This document shows, piece by piece, positions 1 through 11,412 of a DNA stretch of 48,695 nt. The position numbers were made by a program, and so were the translations under genes. The notes beneath the pieces are model-generated. The model had not been told where the DNA came from and searched no databases. It saw only the letters and a list, made by a program, of their open reading frames with translations. Position 1 is the first letter of the stretch. The number at the start of each line of letters is the position of its first letter. Origin of the DNA: Octopus bimaculoides (taxonomy: Eukaryota); NCBI RefSeq assembly GCF_001194135.2, contig NC_068982.1, positions 149,090,995-149,139,689 of the forward strand, written 5' to 3'.

Positions 1-555
1 CACCACCACCACCACTACCACTGCTCCCTTCACACGGACACACATACCTGATTGTGTGACATGTTGCAAAAAAAAAAGAATGGTGTAGGAAAGGGAGGGA
101 TTGGCACCAGCGCAGAATGTGTGTAGTGTGATGTAATGTGGTGTGTGTGTGTGCGTGTGAGGAAGGAGGAATGGGGGTGTGATTAGGGTTTGAGGTGGGG
201 GAGGTAGGGTGTCATGGTAGGAGAAAAAGGAAAAGAAGGAGAGAGAGGCGTAGGAGAGGGTAGGAAGATGGTTTCGTAGTTTTCACTTGCTACTCTGCAT
301 ACTGGGAAGCAAGAGGAAAGAATGAAACGAAGCTTCCTGTGATGGAAACTGGGATAGGAACATCGTGACCTAGACAGTAGCCAATAGAAGGTGGAGTGTG
401 GTGACGGGTGGTGAATGGCATGGGAAGAAAGCAGAGTAAACTGGGTAAGAGGTAGCAGTTCAGAAGTTCTCTTCATATGCGAGACATACATACTTATGGG
501 TATATATATATTTAGCCATAAGCACACACACACATATATATGTGTATATATATAT

Positions 556-590
<35 letters not shown>

Positions 591-746
591 TATGTGTGTG
601 TGTATATAGTGAGTGAGAGAGACAGTTAGATAGATAAATAGATAGATAGATAGACAAAAGTATACACCCAAATATATTTAAATATGCACATATATACATG
701 TGTGTATATGCATTTGTGCATGTATATGTATGTGTGTATGTATGTA

Positions 747-1933
747 CTAGGTTGAGTCAAAAGTTTTTTGTATTCCAAGCTTTAATTAATAATTCAAACT
801 AATTACATAAGAAAAGTATTTATTCATCAAAATATGTCCCATAATATTTTATTGTTTGTCACTCTTGTACCTAAAGATCAATTCCACATTAATATTATTT
901 GGCTGGTTTTGAGGCAAAAATTGACTGCACCTATATTAAATCTCATCCACATTGTTCCACTTCCACCATGCAGCCATGGCTTAGGAAAGGTAGTAATCTG
1001 ATAGCGCAATATCTGGATTCTAGGCAAGGTTAGGCAGCACTTCTAGCCCCTCAAGTTTCTCAAGTGTGAGTTGGGTCACATTGGCAGTGTGCTGGGCATT
1101 GTCATGCTGTAGGAGTGCATGCTTTTGATGGACCAATGTTGGGCCGTGGGCTTTCAAAATGTTGTATATTCTCTGAAATTGTTGAACATAAAGATTAGCA
1201 TTTACAGCATGACCATCTGAGACCAGCCCAAAGTGCAACACTCCCTCGAAATTCCACCAAATATACAACATGACCTGTTCAAACCGCCCATGTTTGACAG
1301 TAGATTCTGAAGCCTGTCCAGAACGAAACCACTGGTTTCTCTCATTAGGATTATGAAATTAGATCTACTCTTCATCTTCAGCTACAATTCGACACCAAAA
1401 ACAGGCATCTTGAGGATTTGCCTGCAGTTGTTTGCAAATGTTTAGATCGTTGAGCCTGGTCATTGGTCAGTTCATGAGAAGCTTCTCAACAACATCTGTT
1501 CACAAGGCCGAGGTTATGGAAGCATTGATTGATGATGATTTGTGAAGGACCAAGTTCTGCTTGCAATGTATGAGTGCTTGTGCTTGTCTGTTGTTCAACC
1601 AATTCAAGCAAGGCCTCATCTTCCACAACAAAAGGTTTCCCTGACCATGGCTTGTCTTCAAGGCTTCCTTGAAATGTCTGAACCAATTTTGTGTAATACA
1701 ATTATTGCCAGTTCCTGAGCCTTGCACATCATTAATTTCTTTTTGCGTTTTCACTTGCACTCAGTCCTTTGCTTTTTTACCTTATGTAGCATATCATGGC
1801 TATAATTTTTTTCATCTGAATAAACAACTCAGCAATGATTGAACATATTGTAGTAAATTAATGGTACAACATGGAGATACAAGTTGCTAAAAATCGTCAG
1901 TGAAAATCTGAAAAAACCTTTCATTCAACCTAA
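747..1933 (-). mobile_element. Decayed mariner DNA transposon (Hsmar1/SETMAR-like TIRs), near full length
   Basis: Imperfect TIRs: CTAGGTTGAGTCAAAAGTTTTTTG at 747, and reverse complement TTAGGTTGAATGAAAGGTTTTTTC ending at 1933. TA flanks both sides (745-746, 1934-1935). Transposase fragments lie between. Confidence 0.92.
850..1790 (-). pseudogene. Mariner DD34D transposase pseudogene (frameshifts and stops)
   Basis: Minus-strand fragments: QNWFRHFK/LEDKPWSGKP (HTH and linker, cf. WFKRF..LEDEPRSGRP), RIVAEDEE*I*FHNP (first D), WWNFEGVLHF...LLQHDNA (second D), NPDIALSDY (cf. SPDLAPSDY, third D). Confidence 0.9.
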
Positions 1934-2907
1934 TATGTATGAATATAAGTGCAGGGAAATAGCTGACTGCACCCAAGCTCATGCTTCCAAACCACAATCT
2001 TGAGTTTGGTCCTACTACAATGCACATTCAGCAACTATCTTCTATTATAGCCTTGGGTCAACCAAAGCCTTGTGAAGGGATTTGATCTATAGGAACTGAA
2101 AGCAGCTCATTGTATGCGTGTTTGTGTATCTGAGTGCATTTCTTGGTGTTCGCATCACATGATAGTTGTGACATAAATGCACGCTCTTTACAGTAAATCA
2201 CCGCATGTCACAGTGCACAGTATGATCCTCCAGAATGTGGAAGTTAGAAGAGTTTTATACTGGAGTTCTAGCACTGTAAATAACTCTTAGTCGTCCGACC
2301 AACTACCTTTGTGTTATAGCATATTATAGCATTATTTCAACACTCAGGCCTGATACATGTGTGGTTACTCAACCAGCCAGAAATAGAAGGTATATCACCC
2401 TCAAATTACATTCTACAGTTTTAAGAAAAGAAAGGAAACATTGTCATGAAGTTCTAGAAACACCACATCTGAAAAAACAGGCAAGGTGGTCATGGGTAGG
2501 ATGTGCTTGATCATACATCTGTTCTCTCAAGGCAGACTTTGGGCAAAAAGCAGCAACAGCAGCAGCAATAAAATAAGACAAATATATAAATATATAAAAT
2601 ACATAAAAATATATAAAAATGCCTCCATTTTGCTTAAGGGTAAACCTTTTCCATGGTTTCAAGCTTAAATCAGGGGGGAAAAAATCACCCTTGAAAATTT
2701 TGTTCAGTGTCCTGGTCACTTTTCTTTTCTCTGTTCACAGCAGCAAAACCAAGACACAGTGCTCAGAGCAACCTGAATAGATACAAGCCCAGTATATCAG
2801 CATCCTCAGCATCATCATCATCATCACTATCATCATCATCATCATCATCATCGTCGTCGTCATCATCATCATCACCACTACCATCAGCAATTTACATTAA
2901 TTTCTTT

Positions 2908-3135
2908 TTCAAGATTCGATGGGTTGGACAGGTCCCCTCCAGCATGGCATTTTTCCATTTTCAAATTGGAAACCCAAGGAAGATTCAAATTGCACTGGTG
3001 TAGAAAATAGGAATTTTGGACGAGCTCAGGACCACCGGTCTGACATGGGAAGCAGCCAAGAAACATGCCAATGACCGCAAAAAGTGGAAAATAACTGTTG
3101 AGGCCCTATGCTCCACAAGGGGAAAAAAGGATTAA
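2908..3135 (+). mobile_element. RTE-clade LINE 3' end remnant
   Basis: WVGQV (cf. WIGHV), then 3019-3135 reads DELRTTGLTWEAAKKHANDRKKWKITVEALCSTRGKKD*, a typical RTE ORF C-terminus. Confidence 0.8.
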
Positions 3136-4371
3136 GAGAGAGAAAATCTAGGTATATCACTCATAAATCTTACAAAGAATAATCCATAATCCAAATAAGA
3201 TGATAAAGAAAGAGTTTTTCACATGTTCATTACTTGTTAAACATGTGGTTGTGAAGCAAACTTCTTGAGAACACAATCATACCAGCACCATGCAACAACT
3301 ACTTATTTTTATGCCTTCTGTTACTGTTACTAAATGTTCAGATAATTTGGTTTTGTTTAAGCAGTTCCAAAGTATAACAATAGTTAGTTATATAATCACT
3401 ATTTTAGCTAATGAGATAGTTACAAACGCTATATAGCCAGTCATATTTACAACAAAATAGATGGAATCACAGTTGGTATCATAGCCTTTGGAACAAATTT
3501 TAATTCAATCATTTTATATGAAACTGACTGAAACTAAAAATTTCCAGTCACTGACTGCGCTCTGCTTTGGCTATGAACCATTTTAAGTAAAAATATGCAA
3601 CAAATGATGTGACAAGGTGTCAGATGGAACATTCGTTTCTGATTGGTCAGTACATAAATTGTGCTGGCATGATGTTTGATATAGCCACTAATATATTGAC
3701 ATAGATAGTGATGATATAATGGAACAAATCAGTAGAGTAGATAGAGCAGAGGATAGAATAATTTGTAGGATTCTTTTAAACTCCCTGTTCGCTGAGTTCA
3801 AATCCTACTAAGATCAGCTTACCCTTTCATTTCTTTGGAGTCAATAAACAAAGCAACAGTCCTGAAGAACTGGGATAAGTTCTTCATATTTTCTCTTTTT
3901 CTTTCTGGAAAGAATCAGGTGTATTTAGACTTGGAGTGGAAGGAACTCTGCTAGATTTAGCTCCTAAGGACTTGTATTCCACAAGACTTGGTCCAGGGTT
4001 GTTGGTTCCAAACAATCTGAATTTTCATATCCTTACAAGTATAATTTTTTTGTTAGCTTTTCACAAGGAAAACTCTGTGTTAGATATTTATTAGAATATA
4101 CAAGCTAAGGGAGAGTCCAAACACAGCATGAGAATTTCATAAAACCAGTTGTATTTAGTTATATGCATACATGCATTCATACATTTTTGTGTGTGGATCA
4201 GTGTGTATATACATATAGACATACATACATACATGCATACATACATACATACATACATACATGTTGACTACATCCCAAGGATGGAGCCTTGTATCTTTGT
4301 TGGAAGCCGGCTCCCTCCTCAGTAAAAGATTTATAATAATTAAAAAATAGAAGAGCCACATTCATATATAT

Positions 4372-4594
4372 ATATTGATAATAAGGAGAATGAAGAATCA
4401 GAACATTCAAACTTTATGTTTATTTCAATTATTTTATTCATAAGAATTGTCCGACACATGTTTCAATTGTACTAATTGCATATTTATGCAATTAGTACGA
4501 CTGAAACATGTGTCAGACAATTATTATGAATAAGCTGACTGGAAATAAACAAAGTTTGAATATTCAAATTCTTCATTTTCCTTATTATCAATAT
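4372..4594. repeat. ~220 bp imperfect palindrome (fold-back), arms ~110 bp
   Basis: Centre GTACTAATTGCATA-TT-TATGCAATTAGTAC at ~4483. Arms stay complementary out to ATATTGATAATAAGG / CCTTATTATCAATAT. Confidence 0.92.
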
Positions 4595-4783
4595 TGTACT
4601 TTCCACTCTAAGTAGCCAAGAAATAAACTGTAACTTCAAATGGGAGTTAAAGGAAGTTTACCATAAATTGCAGTCTGTAGAAACCAACCTTGGCATATTA
4701 CAGAGAAATTCGATATCTGGATATCATACCTTTCCTCTTACTACAAATATATATATGTATATATGTGTATATATATGTGTGTG

Positions 4784-4825
<42 letters not shown>

Positions 4826-4832
<7 letters not shown>

Positions 4833-5040
4833 GTCTATGTGATCTCAAATTTTAAAGCAAACACATAATTTTCTTATGGTTTCTTAAACATTCACAAAAC
4901 TGTACAAATCCAAATATATGGTACCCTAGGCATAACACCTACATGAACTTCTAACTTGTTGTCTCTTGAGGTCTCTGGGTGAGATTTGGATCCAACTTGT
5001 ACAAATGCAAAACAAAAGTCAAACGTAAAATAATAATAAT
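4826..5040 (+). mobile_element. Probable R4/Dong-type LINE 3' UTR inside an (AAT)n tract
   Basis: Starts ATA CTG TCT ATG TGA (ILSM*, like the RK(I/T)LS end of R4-type ORFs; cf. RKTLSIQ* at 25004). (AAT)n flanks both sides. Confidence 0.45.
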
Positions 5041-5385
5041 AATAATAATAATAATAATCCATGGATGGAATTTATAAATATTTGAATGCATCACTATGCA
5101 CGTTTCCACAAATCACATGTTTCTTACGATCATAGTTCTTTCTTATTCCTGGGATGATTACAATACAGTCTGTAGTATCCATAGACATTTGGTGGGTCAT
5201 GTTATCATATTCATGCATTCATTTCGTTGGGCGATATGACATTAATGGATGTATGACTGAGGGTTGTTTATCAATTTTAACCAATGAAAAGGTTGATTGG
5301 GGTATGTGGGCAGTTCTGTGTGTATTTAGTGGGGAGGTGTAGAAAGTGATGGAAAGAGAGAAAGGAATAGTAATTATAAAAGAGA

Positions 5386-5850
5386 TAGCACCTGCACCCA
5401 GCGTCGCCTTTCTGGCAATTGTGCCCGTGACATGTGTAAGGATTTTCAAGCGAGATCGTTGCCAGTGCCCCTGGACTGGCTCTTGTGCGAGTGGCACATA
5501 AAATACACCATTTTGAGCGTGGCCGTTGCCAGTACCGCCTGACTGGCCTTCGTAGGATTTTCGAGCGAGATCATTGCCAGTGCCCCTGGACTGGCTCTTG
5601 TGTGGGTAGCACATAAAATACACCATTTCGAGCGTCTCCGTTGCCAGTACCGTCTGACTGGCCTTCATGCGGGTGACACGTAAAAGCACCCACTACACTC
5701 TCTGAGTGGTTGGCGTTAGGAAGGGCATCCAGCTGTAGAAACTCTGCCAAATCAGATTGGAGCCTGGTGTAGCCATCTGGTTTCACCAGTCCTCAGTCAA
5801 ATCGTCCAACCCATGCTAGCATGGAAAGCGGACGTTAAACGATGATGATG
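5386..5850 (+). mobile_element. SINE-like family A copy with (GAT)n tail, inserted in the left inverted arm
   Basis: Core AAAAGCACCCACTACACTCTC..GTTAGGAAGGGCATCCAGCTGTAGAAAC and tail GGAAAGCGGACGTTAAACGATGATGATG, repeated about ten times in this window. Confidence 0.88.
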
Positions 5851-6437
5851 GAGGAGTGCACGGTGATATTAAACTTAATTTGATGTTTGAGTATGCAGAT
5901 GTCAGGAAGGGTAGTATAGTATATTGGTTTGACCTTTTACCTCAGTAGTTGCCCCCTTAATGAATTCAGATCTAGTAGGGTCAGCAAGTACAGTTATTCT
6001 GTTGGAGTTCATTGTCTGAATTGACAAATGATATTCTCTTAAAATGTCCTTTTAATTACTTTTGGTGCTGTAATGGTTTAGCATATAGCAGAGGAAAACA
6101 ATGGCTATTCTGTTTAGTTGTTAATATGTTCTTCTCTTTTTTCTATTCTATGCTAAAGGTAGCTAGTGTTTTTCTGTTTCAAAATGTTCTTTTCAAATTC
6201 TAGGAATGATGCCTTGCTTTTTGCTTTTTGCTAACATGATATAATTACTTTGGAGCATCTATTAATTATGTTTTCTCTGGATGGGATGATCTTCAGGGTT
6301 TCTCCCTCTTGGCATAAACTGCACACCCTCAATGTTCTATTGTTCAGTGTAGCATTTTTTATTACAGACCAGTTGGTTGTATGCTCCACTCCATTCTGTT
6401 TGAGCCTCCAGATTAGGTTAAATAATGATGTGGGATG

Positions 6438-6613
6438 TGTTATGTCTCAAGCTACTGTAATCTAGCACCTTGGAATGATCTCTACTCAACCGCTACACAA
6501 CTGCTACTCGACTGCTACTCAACTGCTCCTCAACACTCCTACCATGGCCAGACTACCTCTATGTATATGTCTTGGGCGATCCTACTTCTTCACCTGGGGG
6601 CGTCGACACAACA
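6438..6613. mobile_element. 176 bp solo-LTR-like insertion within the GIY-YIG frame
   Basis: TG...CA ends with inverted termini TGTTATGTC / GACACAACA. Imperfect 5 bp flanks GGATG / GAGTG. Removing it restores the endonuclease frame. Confidence 0.6.
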
Positions 6614-7271
6614 GAGTGTCTTTTATTTACATTGGAAAATGCCATAAGATGGTTGCGCAGACAACTTCTCATTGTGTCTCTGGTAACACCAATGTACACA
6701 TATTTTTGTGAATTATCCTATCCATCCTAACATTTGCATACTCAAATGCCAAAATAAGTTTAACATCACCACACACACTTCCCTCTCCTTTATAATTACC
6801 ATTCCTTTCTCTTTCCATTACCTTCTACTCCTCCCCACCAAGTACACAGAGAACAGCCCACACACCCCAATCTATGTTTTCATTGGTCAAATTGATAAAC
6901 AACCTTCAGTTATACATTCATTGCTTCCAAATTTAATGCCATATCACCTGAGGAAATGAACCCATGAATGTGATCCATATATACTATGGACTGTACTGTA
7001 ATCATCCCAGGAATACAGATCATGATCATAAGAAACATGTAATTTGTGGAAACACGCATAGTGATGCATTAGAATATTTATAAATTCCATCCATGGATTA
7101 TTATTATCATTATCACTATATTCATCCTACATTACATTGGTACAGCTCATTAAAATGTTATTGCCAGTTGGTATCATTGGGCTGTAGCTGGCATAATAAA
7201 ATAGAAGCTTTTATGTGCATATTCAAAACATTCTCATAAATAAACTTAAAGGATATCTATCTATCTATCTG

Positions 7272-7322
<51 letters not shown>

Positions 7323-7335
7323 ATCTATCTATTTA

Positions 7336-7388
<53 letters not shown>

Positions 7389-7611
7389 TGTATTTATATA
7401 TATTTTAGTCTATAAAATTACTTTCAACAGCACAAAGTTATTAGAATCTTAATTTCTCTATTCGCTAATGTTTCATCCTATTATGCCCGCTTTCCTTGCT
7501 GGCATGGACTGAAAGAGTCATCACAACCTGAGTTAGTTCTTAACAGGTGCTTACTCTCATTTATGATGCATGTACACATCATTTTGGGTAGGTTTTTGTG
7601 GCTAGATGCCT

Positions 7612-7922
7612 TCATCATCATCATCATCGTCGTCGTTTAATGTCCTTCTTCCATGCTGGCATGGGTTGAACAGTTTAACAGCAGCTGGCAAGACAGGAGC
7701 CTGAGCTATGCTTCTGTGTCTGTTTTGGAATGGGTTTTATGGCTGGACGCCTTTCCTAACACCAACCACCCTTTAGGGAAAGTTGAGTGCTTTTAACGTG
7801 GCACTCACACAGACAAGGTCAGTTTTGGTGTGGATTTTACAGCTGGATGTCCTTCCAAACGTCAACCACTTTACAGTGTGGACTGGGGTCTTTTTGAGTG
7901 ACACCTGTACTGGTGGTGTCAC
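7612..7922 (-). mobile_element. Family A SINE, diverged copy
   Basis: (CAT)n, then GTTTAATGTCC..TTCCATGCTGGCATGGGTTG and GCCTTTCCTAACACCAACCAC, the reverse complement of the family A 3' half. Confidence 0.75.
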
Positions 7923-8514
7923 TTTGTTTTCATTAATCACTTCATAATATATACATGGTGCATTTTGTTGCAGCACCTGCTGTAGAGAGGCTGTTATGTC
8001 CTTCACCAGACAAGACAAAACTAAAAGATCCCCTCAACCTTGTGCTTTCTCAAATCATATTTTTCACACTTAACTACGTATTGCAGAATTCTGATGTGCT
8101 AGGTTATTAACTTATCTCAATGGCTGTATTTGGGAGCTATTGAAATAAATAATGACATAGATGCTTAACATAAACAGATATATAGGCAGTAATATAGACA
8201 ATTGTATATGTAACTGAGAGAATAAGATAAACAGGGATGCAGACAAAGTAACATAGTCAGTGAGAGACAGTGAGTTAAACAGTCAGATTGTTGAAGGTAA
8301 GAAATGCGACGATGTTTAGATTCGAATACACATAAATACATTCATACACACACGTGTTTGTGTGTATATATACATATATATATACATATATATATATATA
8401 CATACATTCATACATAAATATATGCATACATGCATACATTAAAAAAAACAAATTGGAACTGCGCAGTAAGCTACTAGAAACACAAATAGCATTTGCCAAT
8501 GGCAAGAAGAGTTA

Positions 8515-9560
8515 CAATGATGATGATGATGTTGGTGAGTGTTGATGATGGCGGTGTTGGTAGTGGTGGTGGTGGTGGTGGTGGTGGTGAATGCGATGAT
8601 GAATGTGATGATGATGATGATTATGATGATGATGGATGTGATGATGATGTTGAGGAGGATGAGTGTGATGATGATGATGATGATGATGAGGCAGGTAGTA
8701 TCAGTGAAGGTGGTGGAGAAAGGAATGATGTTGGTGTGAAAGCTGCCGTTTATGTCGGTGGTAGTGATGATGTGGTCGATCACGGTGGAGGTGGTAACGA
8801 ATATGACAATATTAGTTATGGCAATAAATGTTACGATGGAAGTGTACATGATGACGACACCACATCAGATTAATTAAGACACTGAAGAAGATGAAGCGAA
8901 GGCAATGAGAGGAAGAGGAAGTGGCAGACAATGACAATGGTACCAACACCCAACAAAGATGGAGGCCCTGTTTTAATCTCAACCATCACTTGTTTGTCTA
9001 AAACGAAGAATATTTCATGGAATTTGAGGTTTCGACACGTGTCTGTTATTCTTTGTAACAGAACGAGTAATGACAGCAGAAGTGGTGATTATGATGTTAG
9101 TGGTGGTGGGGGTGGTAACAGCAACAGCAGTAGCAGCGGTGGTAGCAGCAGCAGTGGTGGTGGTAGTAGCAATGGTGGCTGTAGCTGTGGTGGTAGCACT
9201 GGTAGCTGTGACAGCAGTGACCATGGTAGCAACAGTAGTGGTGGCAGTGGTGGTGACGCTGGTGGTAGTGGTGGTGGTGGTGGTGGTGGTGGTAGCTGGT
9301 GGTGGTGATGGTGGTGGTGGTGGTGGAGGTGGCGGTGCCAGTGATGGTGGTTTGTAGTGGTGTTTCTCCTGCAGTGAGTGGTCTTGTTACTACTTCTACT
9401 GTTGCTACTTTTCATCCCTGTTGTTATTGTTGTTGTTCTTGATATTGCAGCATAAGGTTGTCATTTTCATGTTCTTGCCATTGGTGTGTCTATAGTGGTT
9501 GTTGTTGTTGTTGATGTTGCTGTTATCTTTGAAATGCTTGTCTTTCTACCAATTAAAGAT
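8515..9560. repeat. Compound degenerate trinucleotide microsatellite field (GAT/GGT/AGC/GTT)
   Basis: Directly visible. It produces the poly-D/G/S/V/M ORFs in the track. Confidence 0.9.
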
Positions 9561-9744
9561 TTTACCATGCAACTCAACGAATAAAATAATTTTAGTGCAT
9601 CTGCTGGATTCTTTTTATTCATTCATTTAACTATTTATTCATCTATGTATTCATTTCTATATTTTGCATTGTTCATGCTGCTTAGAATGGTCTCAAAGAC
9701 TTTGAAAAGCACATAACTTTGTTGTAGCTTAGTCATAACACCTA

Positions 9745-9773
9745 TTCTCAATCTCTGTCTCTCTGTCTCTCTG

Positions 9774-9826
<53 letters not shown>

Positions 9827-9921
9827 CTCTTTCTCCATTTCTCTCTCCCCAACTTCCAATCCTATTTCAATTTTCTCAGTATTTGTTCCTCTCTCTCTCT
9901 CTCTTTCTCTCCCTCTCTTGC

Positions 9922-9956
<35 letters not shown>

Positions 9957-10072
9957 AGCAAACATATACATATGCATGCATGTGTGTGTCCACAGGACAG
10001 TGAAAAATACATACATATATGTATGCATGTATGTATGTATGTATGTATGCATGCATGCACGCATGTATGTAA

Positions 10073-10103
<31 letters not shown>

Positions 10104-10110
10104 TGTATAG
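9745..10110. repeat. (CT)n, (CA)n and (TATG)n microsatellite cluster
   Basis: Directly visible. Confidence 0.92.
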
Positions 10111-11233
10111 ATACCCATATTTCAATATCTTTGACCATAATTCTTTTTTTCTGAGATAAATAGATTTTCAAGTATCAATACTTAAGAAAAAATAATATAT
10201 TTTTGACTCCTCCTTTTGAATTCTCTATAAGTCCTTTTACAGAATATTTCCTTTTGTTTTACAGTATTTTTCTGTAAGAAGCCTCTCGCATTTATGTGTG
10301 GGGGATGGGGTGTCTGTGTTTGTCCCCCACCACCATTTGATAACAGGTGTTGGGGGTGATTACATCTCCATAAGCTAGCAGTCTGGCAAAAGAAACTGAT
10401 AGAATAAGTACCAGGCTTAGCAAAATAATTAAGTACTGGTGTTGATTCATTCAACTAAAAATTCATCAAGATCATGTCCCAGCATGACAGCAGTCTAATG
10501 GATGAAGCAAGTACATATATANNNNNNNNNNNNNNNNNNNNNNNNNNNNNNNNNNNNNNNNNNNNNNNNNNNNNNNNNNNNNNNNNNNNNNNNNNNNNNN
10601 NNNNNNNNNNNNNNNNNNNNNNNNNNNNNNNNNNNNNNNNNNNNNNNNNNNNNNNNNNNNNNNNNNNNNNNNNNNNNNNNNNNNNATATATATATATATA
10701 ACAAAAGAAGACATTGGAAAATATTTGCTATTATTTGTTCACCATTACAAATGTTTCATTTATTAATAGGGATTACAGAAATTTACATGTTAAATAGACA
10801 TGTAAGGAATTTCCTATTAGAATTTTTTCAGACAGAGAATTAAATAAAATTATTTAATTCTAATTCCTTACATGTCTATCTAACATGTAAAACTGAGTAA
10901 TTCTTTTTGGCAAATAAAACATGTATAATGGTGAATGAATAATACCAAACTATTTTCCAATGTCCTGTTTTGTTATGCAATAATTCTGCAAACAATATTT
11001 TCAACTCTAATATATACTTTACATCAATACAACAATGACAGCAACTACATTCTGAATTGTAATAATGGAATAAGCAGATGTCCTTCAAGAGGAAACAGCT
11101 GGGATTGTACCCTATCTACCTACATAATATGAATGATATATATATGTACACATATATGTATCTACATATATATATATACATACACACATATTCACACACA
11201 CACACACACACACATACATATATACATACACAC

Positions 11234-11305
<72 letters not shown>

Positions 11306-11362
11306 GTATGTATATATATATATATATATATATATAGAGNNNNNNNNNNTATGTGTGCATGG

Positions 11363-11412
<50 letters not shown>

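Larger units (their letters stand above)
5056..7099 (-). mobile_element. Decayed Penelope-like retroelement with long inverted arms and nested insertions
   Basis: GIY-YIG fragments on minus: KYVYIGVTRDTMRSCLRNH (YIG 6688-6696) and TSLFNLIWRLKQNGVEHTTNWSVIK...VCSLC (CSLC 6312-6323). Arm 5056-5385 plus 5855-5912 is the reverse complement of 6718-7099. Confidence 0.75.

Noticed and set aside
173-209. Four G-runs (possible G-quadruplex) and single TTAGGG words (184, ~35726)
   Set aside because: Loops are long, the context is purine-rich low complexity, and there is no telomeric array.
3884-4016. Stretch open on both strands (minus: LFGTNNPGPSLVEYKSLG...KEKI*)
   Set aside because: Weak acceptor, no recognisable homology, and a length expected by chance. 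A faint W...ELN..E resemblance to a Tc1 motif in another frame is also unconvincing.
5919-5935. Plus-strand YIGLT next to the left inverted arm
   Set aside because: It is out of frame with upstream text, and the opposite strand fits Penelope RT-thumb/linker sequence better. Treated as coincidence.
8439-9415. Long ORFs rich in D/G/S/V/M/T on both strands
   Set aside because: They are translations of trinucleotide microsatellites, open in several frames, with no domain or splice support.
10472-10843. ORFs spanning N runs (also 18887-19535, 24966-25947, 28451-28908, 34508-34822, 36446-37028)
   Set aside because: Their length comes from unknown bases. Only the flanks that match LINE proteins are meaningful.
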